Shown here in pieces: positions 24,541 through 35,900 of a stretch of DNA of 64,000 nucleotides; position 1 is the first letter of the stretch, and the number at the start of each line of letters is the position of its first letter. The position numbers were made by a program, and so were the translations under genes. Below the pieces are notes generated by a model, which was not told the origin of the DNA, did no database searches, and was given only the letters and a program-made list of their open reading frames with translations. This DNA comes from Okamejei kenojei (taxonomy: Eukaryota): NCBI GenBank assembly GCA_035221665.1, contig CM069131.1, forward strand, positions 49,042,001-49,106,000, written 5' to 3'.

Positions 24541-25689
24541 CATGTAAGAGGGAACTGTAGATACTGGCCTGTACCAAAAATAGGCCCAAAGTGCTGGAGT
24601 ATTTCCGGAGAATAAGGATCTGAGGTTTCGAGTTGGAGTGCTAAACCTGATGGGAATCTCCAAAATGCTGTTCGGCAAAGAATCACGGAAAATTGACCGA
24701 ATGGTAGAGTGTGAGTAGAAATTGCTAATAATCTCACAATATCAGTGGTCTTGTGTACAGTGGCAAAGATCACAGAGGAAGGACCAAGTTTGAGTAAGTT
24801 GCTTCTGTGAATAATGGAGAATGCACACATTGCATCCATGGAGAACCTATAATTGGATGCAAGGATAGGGCCACTGATTAACCAAGCCGGTTTGGGTGAT
24901 GTTATTCTTGAATGTTGCTGCTTTCAGGAGGGTATTCTGTTACAGACCTGATTAATGACTTGTAGATGATAAAGAGGTTTAGCAGGCTCAGGAAGCGAAA
25001 CATTTCCATACCACACAGCTTCAACCTTGCTCCTGCAACCATATCAATGGTATGAACCTGTACGAGTGCTGACCATTGACATTTAGAGATGGGATGATCT
25101 TGGTGACATTGCAAATCTATGCCTGGATTGTTTTTTGGTCAAAGTGGTGATTAGTTAGCACTGAAATGACACAATATTCATTGGTAATTGTGGGGTTTAG
25201 TTTAGTTTAGTTTTCAGATACAGCACAGAAACAGGCCCTTTGGCCAACCGTGTCCAGAATAATATTTCCAAAGCTGGGTTATCAATTCATGCCTTCAAGT
25301 TCTATTGAATTTAATGAAACCATAGTGCAGTCTTTAATTTGTCATAGTTTGTGGGGAGCAACAAAATAACCAGATGTTCTATCTTTGACATAATGATGAT
25401 GTAATGCGTATGGCAGTGTTGATGGTTGGGGTACTCTGTTCGGACATTCAGTAATATGGATTTTGTGACTGGCAGTGTGATAGTGTGGAGCATTGTGTGA
25501 GCAAAAGTAAGCATGGGTTGTATTGTACAGGTAACATGAATTGTATTTAACAGTTTGGTATTGTGATGTATTGCATTGACAAGATGATGGCGTTGTACTT
25601 TGGGTTTGTAGGTGCACTGGCTGCAAGATTATGCTTTGACAGGGTGTTGTATCTGGGTGTGTGTCACCCTGTAGTATTGTAACTGGCAA

Positions 25690-26880
25690 AGTTCAGTAAG
25701 GCCTTTGACAAGGTTCCCCATGGAAGGTTGGTTAAGAAGGTTCAATCTTTGGGTGTTAATGGCGGAGTAGCAAGATGGATTCAACAGTGGCTGAATGGGA
25801 GATGTCAGAGAGTAATGGGGATGGCTGTTTGTCAGGTTGGAAGCCGGTGACCAGTCGGGTTCCTCAGGGATCTGTGTTGGGTCCACTGTTGTTTGTCATG
25901 TACATCAATGATCTGGATGATGGGGTGGAAAATTGGATAAGTAAGTATGCAGATGATACTAAGATAGGTGGTGTTGTGGATAATGAAGTAGATTTTCAAA
26001 GTCTACAGAGAGATTTGGGCCATTTGGAAAAGTGGGCTGAAAGATGGCAGATGGAGTTTAATGCTGTTAAGTGTGAAGTGCTACATCTTGGCAGGACAAA
26101 TCAAAATAGGAAGTACATGGTAAATGGTTAGGGAATTGAGGAATGCTGTGGAACAGAGGGATCTAGGAATAACTGTGCATAGTTCCCTGAAGGTGGAATT
26201 GCATGTAGATAGGGTGGTAAAGAAAGCCTTTGGTGTGCTGGCCTTTATAAATCAGAAACATTGAATATAGGAGTAGGGAAGTAATGTTAAAATTGTACAA
26301 GGCATTGGTAAGACCAATTCTGGAGTATGGTGTACAATTTTGGTCGCCTAGTTATAGGAAGGATGGCAACAAAATAGAGAGAGTACAGAGGAGATTTACT
26401 AGAATGTTGCCAGGGTTCCAGCAACTATGTTACAGAGAAAGGTTGAACAAAGTTAGGTCTTTATTCTTTGGAGCGCAGAAGGTTAAGGAGGGACTTGATT
26501 GAGGTCTTTAAAATGATGAAAGGGATAGACAGAGTTGACGTGGATACGTTTTTCCCCATTGAGGGTAGGGAAGATTCAAACAAGAGGGCATGACATGAGA
26601 ATTAAGGGACAGAAATTTCGGGTAACGTGAGGGGGAACTTCTTTACTCAGAGGGTGGTGGCTGTGTGGAATGAGCTTCCAGCAGAAGTGGTGGAGGCAGG
26701 ATCGATTTTAACATTTAAGAGTAAAGTGGATAGGTATATGGACGTGAAGGGAATGGAGGGGTATGGTCTGAGTGCAGGTAGATGGGACTAGGGGAAAACA
26801 AATGGTCGGCACGGACTGGAAGGGCCGAGAGGGCCTGTTTCCGTGCTGTAATTGTTATATTGTTATATGGTTATATGGTT
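25690..26880 (+). mobile_element. CR1 LINE, 5'-truncated RT C-terminus and 3' UTR
   Basis: VPQGSVLGPLLFVMYINDLD, SKYADDTKIGG, WQMEFN, LYKALVRPILEYGVQFWSP; (ttatatgg)n tail. Confidence 0.92.
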
Positions 26881-27089
26881 AAAGTGACTGACCCATATTT
26901 TGCGCTTGGAAACTGATGTTGTGATACATTATGCTCGGCAGTGGAGTGGCGCATTGTATTTGCCAGTTTAATGGTATTTGTCCATGTGTTCCTAGTGCTT
27001 TGTTGTGAAAATGTGTTGTGTTGGTAAGTCATATGCAGTAATGGGACGGGCCTTGCTATGGTGTGTAGTGGGCTGGCAACAGTGAGGCT

Positions 27090-27565
27090 GGATTGTTTTG
27101 TCTTTCAATGTGTGATGGTATGGTGCCCGCTCGGAAGACCCGAAGGCTCGGTGGACTGCAGAACCCACCTGAAGGCTCGGCAAAATGCAAAACCTGCTCA
27201 AAGGCTTGGCAGACCGTGGACCGAGGTAGCTGCTGGAGACATTGGGCGAGAGGAGCAAGGGCCAGTAGAAAAGAGAAGTGGGGCAATGCCTCCAGCTCCT
27301 TAAAGGTTGACTGTAGGAGGCACCCCCTCAAAGATGGCCGGGTGAGGAGAGGGATGTCAGTTCGTGGGCCGATCTGGTAGAGGACGACGGAGGGAGGTCC
27401 TGCAAGTTCCTGGGGCTTCTCAGGAACGGGATCTGCTCCAGTGGACTGGGCACACGGGCGGACCAGATTTTGGACTTTGGAAATGGTGTCAAAATATGGC
27501 GGCCCCTGCATGTGTAAATATGCAAAAAGAATTTCACTGTGCAGTTTCACATGTGACAAATAAGG
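27090..27565 (+). mobile_element. GC-rich non-autonomous non-LTR element with Rex-like 3' end
   Basis: GC-rich insert ending gaatttcactgtg...catgtgacaaataa, the same tail type as 63330-63367. Confidence 0.5.
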
Positions 27566-28747
27566 GACCATTGTGTTTGGCAGTGGATGTTGTGCTGTGC
27601 ACTTGTACAGTGTTCAGTGGTTTAAAGTTCTTTGATCTGAATATTTGTAGCATGTTCTGTTTTTTGTTACAGATCTCCAGTATCTGCAGTTTTTATTGCT
27701 TTTTGATGAGGTAATATCTTGGGTTTGGCAAAAGGTGATGTGATGTCCTGTGCTTGCATTGGCATCATATTAGTATAGTATACTGGCTTGTTTAGCGGAG
27801 CAGTAATGCAGAGCATTGTGCTTAGCAGTTTAACGGTGGATGCCTTGTATCTTGTAATACAACAACCCGTGTCTTGTAGTTTGCAATGCAATTGCCTGGA
27901 TACTATCTTTGGCATTGTAATGTTGCGGAGTATGTGTTAAACAGATGAATGGTGTGGGACATTGTATTTAGCAGTAAGAAGTGTTTTTTTAAAAAATGGA
28001 AGTAGGTTGTCAGGATCGAGTCAAAGAGACACATAGCACGGAAATAGGCCCTTCAGCCCAACTCATCCATGCCAATCAAGATCTCATCCAAGCTAGTCCC
28101 ATTTGCCCAATTATAGCCCATGTCCTTCTGAAACGTTCCTATCCACGCATCTGTCCAAATGTGTTATAAACGTTATTACTGTACTTGCCTCAACTACATC
28201 CTCTAGCAGCACGTTCCATAGACCCAAAATCCTTTGTGCAAAATCATTGCTCCCAAGTTCCTATTAATTCTTTCCCCTCTCACCTTAAACCTGTGCCCTC
28301 TTGTTCTTAATCTACTTTTGGAAAAAAACTGCATTCAAAATGATTCAAGATGCATTCAGGACAGTGGCCTGGTGCATTGAGTTTAGAAGTATGATATTAC
28401 GGAGTATTTGGTAGTGCATTGGTGTAGTATATTGTGATCATTGTATTATGTTTGGCGGTGTGGTGTTGTGGAGTTTGTGTGTGGCAATGTGATGGTGTAG
28501 AAAATTGTGGTTGGTGGTGTGATGATGGAGTGTCCTGCGATTAGTATATGATGGGTTATATATTGTGTTTAATATTGTGGTTATTGTGTCTACCAGTGTG
28601 ATGACATGGACTGTTGTTGGTTGCAGTGTTGTGCTTGGGATGATGTGAATTATTGTCTTTGACATTTCTGTTAATTGGTCCATTGGGCTATGTCTCATTG
28701 GTTAATATCATGTTACATATGAAACTCCCACAATTTCTACTTAAAGG

Positions 28748-29105
28748 GGCAGCAGTAGAGTTGCTGTCTTACAGCGCCAAAGACCTGGGTATGATCCTGA
28801 CTAGGCGCTGTCCGTACAGAATTTGTACGTTCTCCCCGTGACCACGTGGGTTTTCCCCGGGTGCTCCGGTTTCCTCCCACACTTCAAAGACGTGCAGGTC
28901 AGTAGGTTTATTAGCTTTGGTAAAAAAAGTGTAAATTTTTTTACCAAAGTATGCAGGTAAAAAAATTTACAATTTTTTTACCTGCATACTTTGCAGGTAC
29001 ATACTACCCTCGTATGTAGTGTGTGCTACTGCAAAGGGGATCGCTGGTCGGTGCGAACTTGGTGGGAAGACGAGCCTGTTTCCACGCTGTATCTCTAAAC
29101 TAAAC
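28748..29105 (+). mobile_element. HE1/V-SINE-type SINE
   Basis: gcagtagagttgctgtcttacagcgcc...gatcctgact...ccggtttcctcccacac...ctgtatctctaaactaaa. Confidence 0.85.
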
Positions 29106-30182
29106 AACAAAAAAAGTGGAATCTTATCTTGGACTTCTGCAAATGTATCTACAATTTACTGGATGCCAAATCTGCCAGTTGGTTTGCCACAGAACTGCAT
29201 ATACTGTCCAACATAGCAGATTCCACAGTTTGTCGAGATCTCTCAACATTTACTCTGGGGCATTGCCACATGGACCTTCCATGTGACAATACCCCAGTGT
29301 AGCACTTGAAATCATAACACATTTAAAAGTTTTTTTGTCAAATTTTATGTACCGTGGAAGGCACTGGCTTCAATCTGGGGGGTGGGGAGGGGGGGGGGGG
29401 GGGGGGCGGGGAGATATATCCCCCCCACTTTGCATGGGATTAAGGGGGAAAATCCCTGGTTGGAGAGTTCAGGACAAAGGGAAAAGTCTAAATATTAGCC
29501 AGGCTTTTCCGTAGTGAAAGTGGCGTATAAAGGGTAGTAGACATTTGAATCTCTCATGAAAGAGAAAGTGCTAATTTTGATTGATATAAATTAAATATGG
29601 CTAAAATACAAATTGATGGAATAGACCACAGATGAGCCATAATGTTACGGAATGACTGAAAGGCTTGAGAGGTCAAATAACTTATGTTGCTCTAAATTGG
29701 ATGATGCATAAAATTATAAGGCATTGGTCATTAATATCAACTCAGTGCTTGTGCTATAGGCTTTCGTCATAAAAATAGGAAAACATGAGGCTATTTCATG
29801 ACATTAAAACTAAGCCAACTGCTTTCCTAACTGTACTGCGAAAAATTTATTCTGTGAAAAGTCTCTGTCTCCCTCTCTGACCTAATTTTTTTTTGTTTAT
29901 ATTTTGTTTGCTTCTTGTGGATTAGTCCAACTCGCACCAGTTTACCCCCGCCCGCAGCCCACCCCCCAATAACGTAAGTGGACAAACCCGCCCCGTCTGA
30001 CAGAACAAAATACGCGCCCGAAATGAAAAGCAATATGAAACAAAGTGGTGTGCTTCACCGCTGCAATAAATTACCCCTATCATGAATGGCAATGCACGGC
30101 CTCCCACCCTACACCCCAAACTCCTCCCCCACAACACACACCCCCCCCCCCCCCCGGTGCCCCCTCCCCCCCCTCCCCCCTC

Positions 30183-30242
30183 GCTGTGATAATGGCAACA
30201 AATAAATTAAATGGATCTTATTTCACTGAAGATGATGAAGAT
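30183..30242 (+). CDS. PDE6B: PDE6 exon 2, intact 3' part (5' part scrambled over ~29920-30182)
   Basis: AVIMATNKLNGSYFTEDDED|gtaagt contains the GAF NK..F..DE motif. Upstream in-order fragments VDK, LTE, YETK, TPIMNG. Confidence 0.8.
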
Positions 30243-30336
30243 GTAAGTCTTCCCACGTACATGTTAGAGAAGTTGAAAAATAAAACAAGTATGATTATAC
30301 TGGTTTATTTATGGAGTGTGATCTGCTTTCTTTCAG

Positions 30337-30426
30337 CTTTTCTTGAAATATCTAAATTTTGCCAGTTTGAACCTCAAGATCTATCATCTGAGCTATCTTC
30401 ACAACTGTGAAACTAGAAGAGGCCAG
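30337..30426 (+). CDS. PDE6B: PDE6 exon 3
   Basis: tttcag|[30 protein letters not shown]|gtaaaa; 90 nt. Confidence 0.92.
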
Positions 30427-31903
30427 GTAAAAGAAAAACTAAAACTCCACTGCATTAAGCAAAACACTGACAAGTAAATAAAAACAAAAAACACTGGAAA
30501 CACTCATCAGGTCATCAACAACAGGTCGAAGAGGCTGGCTTAGGAAAGGCCTTCAACCTTAAAATTGTACTGTGTTTCTCATACACAGAACCTGACCTGT
30601 TGCGAGTTTCCTGCATGTTCCGGTTTTATTTGAGATTAGGTTGTGATTTCTTAGAGTCATCACTGCTTCGTTCCCAAGGACCATTTTGGGGGGTATGCTC
30701 AAGGGGAGCATAGATTATGATTAGTTTGCAGTCGTCATAATATTACAATGCAAAGAATGGTCTTCTTACGAGTGGGGAGCTAGCCACCATCCTAGAAAGC
30801 ACAACTGCTGGGTGTTTGCTTTTCACTTATAGCAAGTGTAACTACAGAAACAGCTTCTTATTTATATCCCTAAACATCCTGGGTTGTTAGTTGGATGGAG
30901 TATATAACATTAAAACAGCACAAATAATCTACATTACTGTATGTAAGCTAACCTCTCATAACCAGTGCATTTGAAACAAATGAAGACCTTCACGGAGGCA
31001 TTTGCCAAAGAAGCAATAGTAGACTATTTGGCAATTAAAAAAAAACTCCAATATATTAATGGGTCATGAAGATCATGGGCAATGTATTTTTTTATTGTCT
31101 ATCTGAACTTAGGATGGTTGCAGGAAACCATCTTTCTGAACTGTAGCATTTCTAGTGATGATAAGCTTGGCTAGTGATTTCCAGGAGATAGATAAATTAA
31201 CGATTAGAGCAATATAATTCCAAGACAGGATCGTATGTGACTTGATATGGAATCAGTGTAGGAAGTTACTGTCAGGGCTGGTTTATACCAAAGATAGACA
31301 CAAATACTGGAGTAGCTCAGTGAGTCAGGTAGCATCACAGAGAAAAAGAATATGTGACATTTCCGGTCGGAACCTTTCTTCAGATACGGAACCAGTTAAA
31401 TGAGTCCAAAGAAGGGTCTCGACCCAGAATGTCACAAATTCCTTTACTCCGGAGATGCTGTCTGACTCGCTGAGTTACTCCAGCATTTTGTGTCTACATT
31501 CCTGTCGAAATGTCACTGATTAGTACTTCATGTATTTTAACATTGTTTAATATCAAGACAGATTAACTCTAAAATCATAGCACAGTAACAGGATGTTCCA
31601 CCTACCGAGACCTCATTGACCATCAACCACCCGGTTGCACTAATCCTACATTAATCCCGACTTATTCACATCACACTTTCACCAACTCCCTCCAGATTCT
31701 ACCATTCACCCACACACCTGGGGCAATTCACGGTGGCCATTTAACCTCTTGCACATCTTTGGGATGTTGTGATTGGAGGAAACCGTTGTGATTGGAGGAA
31801 ATTCATGCAGTCACAAGAAGACCATGCAAACTCCACTCAGGCATCATCTGAAATCAAGATTAAACCAGGGCCTCTAGCACCGTGGCTCCAACATGCTGAC
31901 TGA

Positions 31904-32179
<276 letters not shown>

Positions 32180-32979
32180 TGATTTAAGTGCCATATTATT
32201 AAGAACCATTGAATCAGATCCTGTCTAGTATGAAAATCAGTTATGCATGTAAATATTATTTTACAGGAATTTAGGCTTCAACAATAAAACCTAGTTGCAA
32301 GTTGAGTTTATTTGCAGTCAGCTTAATGTACTGCTAACATGACCTCTTCGATAACTTAAACAGGCGAATTCTTACTTAGATTGACGAATGTGAAAATCCT
32401 TAGCCTGATCTTCATTTGTTAATTAAAATGCCTCTTTTCCCCACAGCGGGAAAATATAAGGCAACTGTATTTAGAAGATATGCCAAGAAAATTGAGAGGA
32501 CACCTCTAGTGGAGTAAAAAATGAATAGAGAACTATCATCTGGCACATGGATGGCATATAGATAGTTCCATTAGAATACTTATGGCTTTGGTATGTGGGC
32601 TAGCATAAGAAAGTTACAAAACATTCTCTGAAAACAACATTCAGATTCCATTCAGAGTGGCCTGTCATTGTGTCCGGGACTGCACTTCACAGATGATAAG
32701 ATTGTTGGAAAGGACCTGGTAAAAGCGAGGAACAATTTACTTATCAATAGTAATTAGCTAATGCTCGTACTACAAATACTTTGTGGACTAAGTAACCATT
32801 GTTAACCAATGATGTAAAAAATATGAAAGTCACAGCTGGGTAGACAGCAGAACCTTTATTCCCAGGATGGAAATAATCAAATAAAGGGAGGGAGGGTTTT
32901 TCTTTAAAACCTAAGAGGGGCCAAAATTTTAAAGGAGAGGTTGCGAGAATTATTTTTTTTTTCACAAGGATTGTGAACT

Positions 32980-35900
32980 AAATAGTAAGATTAAATGAGA
33001 ACTTACCAGTTTGAAGTTCTTTGATCCTTATTTTATGAGGAGTTACGATTGAGGGATTTCGTGGAGGACCCCGCAGATGGCATGCGCGTAGTCTCAAGCA
33101 GCGATGTGGCATCACAGATAACAAACAATGTCTGAAGATTAGTAAGATTAGAGACTCTAATATACCAGTTGACCTTATGATAGAGGGTTGGGAGCGGAGG
33201 GCACGAAAATCCCTCATCATAACTCCTCATAAAATAAAGATCAATCTTCAACTGATTATTTTCTCTTTTTATCTTACTATTTTACCTACGGGGATCACGG
33301 TGAGTGATTGTGAAGATTCAAAGCTCTGTGATTACATGCCCTGGACCACGTCCATGCTCACACACTGCCGTAATTACTGATGGAGGAAGTATGTTAACGT
33401 ATTTCAGACTTGGAACAAGCTGAAAATATATACGTATTTATTAATTCAAACAAAAACCCCTGAATTCGGGGGACAAACGTTTATGGGAACAGCATTAATA
33501 CTGACTCCAGCCAAACATTGCGGGGAGCGGCCACAGGTTTGTTATAAAAATGCTGAAATGTAGATTCACTGGCAGGCCCGCTGTTGCGAGGCCATGATCC
33601 ATGGGTCTCCATGGTCCTCGCCGCTGATGTGGATGCTGCCCTGGTAGAATGAGATTTTAAAATGTTAGTGTCTATACCTGCTGCACCCAATATCACTTCT
33701 GAGCCACCTGGGATAGTCTGCAACATCACCCTGTGATGTGGGTTTTTTTTTTATGACTGAATAAACAGACCGTCTCCATTTTCCTGATGGTGTGTGTGAC
33801 ATTGTTATTAATGTCGGATATAGGTGGCTATACAGAGAGTTGTACATCAACGGGGTATGCTACGAATTCCAATTTCAGCCCTGTAGATCCCAGGCCTGTG
33901 TTGTTTAAAGTTAACTTATCTATAAAGAAAATCACTTTTATTGGGGGTCGAGACCTTCCCGTCCAGTTTTAGTTTTGTCGTGTCTGGACTGTAGGAGCTG
34001 GGGTTAGTGCCATTAAAATCACCACTTGAAGGTGGAGTGTGTCCAGTAGTAAAATCCGTAATAGGCGACCAGCTCCTGAGTAGGGACAACACAACCCCAA
34101 TATCCCAGGTAATATTATATGGTGGTCGGATGAGAGTTGGAATTGATATACCCCACATGAGTTTTTGGATACAGCTGGTGAGACCCACTCCATGTTGAGG
34201 GCTAGGATGATAGTTGCACTCCTGTCACTGTTTATGGCACTATAATGAGGGCTCATCAAAAATGAAGCCCGCGAGAATTCCCAGCAATTGGTGATGTTAG
34301 CAAGAGTTGTATGGTGGTCTTGGTCCGATCTACAGAAGGCCTCCAACTTCCTATTGGGGGGGAGGGTATTGCTTTCTTGTGGGACTCTCTGCATGATGCT
34401 GGTAATGATGTTCATGGTTCTTGTAGACAGCCCGAATCCAGCAATGGCCTTCTTCAGAACCTGCAAGCACAACAGAGTTCAGATGACCATGGCATGGTTG
34501 ATTTTCCCCTGTTATGGGATTGGTACCATAATTCAGGCATTTGGTAACCTGCTAACCATGGTTCTTTCATTTCATGTTGGAGGACCACCGGGTACCATGG
34601 TTGTGTGGGCCAGTCAGGTTATTATCAGCATACCTGATGCAGAAATCTAGTTGATTTTCTGCATTACCGATGATGAGGCATCCATGGGGGGAAATGCATT
34701 TAGGAAAAAAACCATTACCCCAATGTAGTGAGAACACACCATCGCCACTGCCCCAGAATCTGGTTCCCCAAGAGTCCTATGTTTTTGGTATTGTCGGGTT
34801 CAACCTGGACGAAAAGAGGTCGATATCTGGTGTTCCTGATTTGGCTTTAATGTTAGAAAAGATTTGGGGGTTTAATCTTCCAACTCGGTGTTGTCATTAA
34901 ATTCTCGTGACCTGGTGTCGCCACGTATTGAGCGTACCGGAAGGTACGTAGCTGATATCCAAATTTTGCTTTCTAATACACCAGAAGCCAAATTATATTT
35001 GCCAATTCATCACAAGATATTGACTTGATACCACCCATATGGTTTTAAATACCACTGGTGCCACCACTGTGTTATTATCTATTTGGAAGACGGACATGCG
35101 TATGATGCAGATAGTGCAGTAAGCCTGCAGCCCGTGAAATGGCTCCCAGCATTTCCAAATAGTTTATACCTTGTGATGATGAGAAGGTTAGACTTGTGTA
35201 AATCCCATCTGCCGCCACAACTGGAAGTGGTGTCCGGTAGCTCCCCAGCCCTGGGCGCTTGCGCGGTTTTGTAACATGACTGATGGGTTTGATATAATGA
35301 TGGGATTAAAACAATTACAACATTGCTAATCCACCATTGTAGCTCAATTTTTGCCTTGTTTGGCAGCTGCATAGGTCTGTCAAAATGTCCAGCATTGCTT
35401 TTTAACGCTGAGATTTTAGCTCTTTGCACGTTTTGATTGGTGTAAGGGCCAAATTGGGCAGATGGAATGTAGCTACAAGTTTTCCCAATCACCTTGAAGC
35501 CATGTCTTAATAGTCGGTTTTCCTGGTGCAGCAAGGCTGTTACTGCCTTTATTATGTCTGTTGCTTTGCTCTCTGGGTTAGCGATAGTGACTATCATTGG
35601 AATGGGGTGAATTGTGAATCCCAGATAGTCCATAATCAAGAGGGGTTGATTTTGTCTGGATGGATGTCAAACACTAGTTTCTCAAATAATGATTTGGTCG
35701 CTGTTACTGCTAATTAGCTAATTCCATAGTTTCCCACAAATTAAAATGTCATCTAGATATGCCATGACTATGGGTTTTGCCAATACTGGTTTTAGTATTT
35801 TGGTAAATAACCTAGGGGCTGTTGTAAGCCCATTAGTATGGTCTTTGTATTGCCATAGTTGCCCCATCCAGACAAAATTTTAAGTATTTCCAGGTGATGT

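Noticed and set aside
25300-28700. TG-rich strand-biased sequence flanking the CR1
   Set aside because: Degenerate low complexity with no definable unit or ends; probably a decayed simple repeat.
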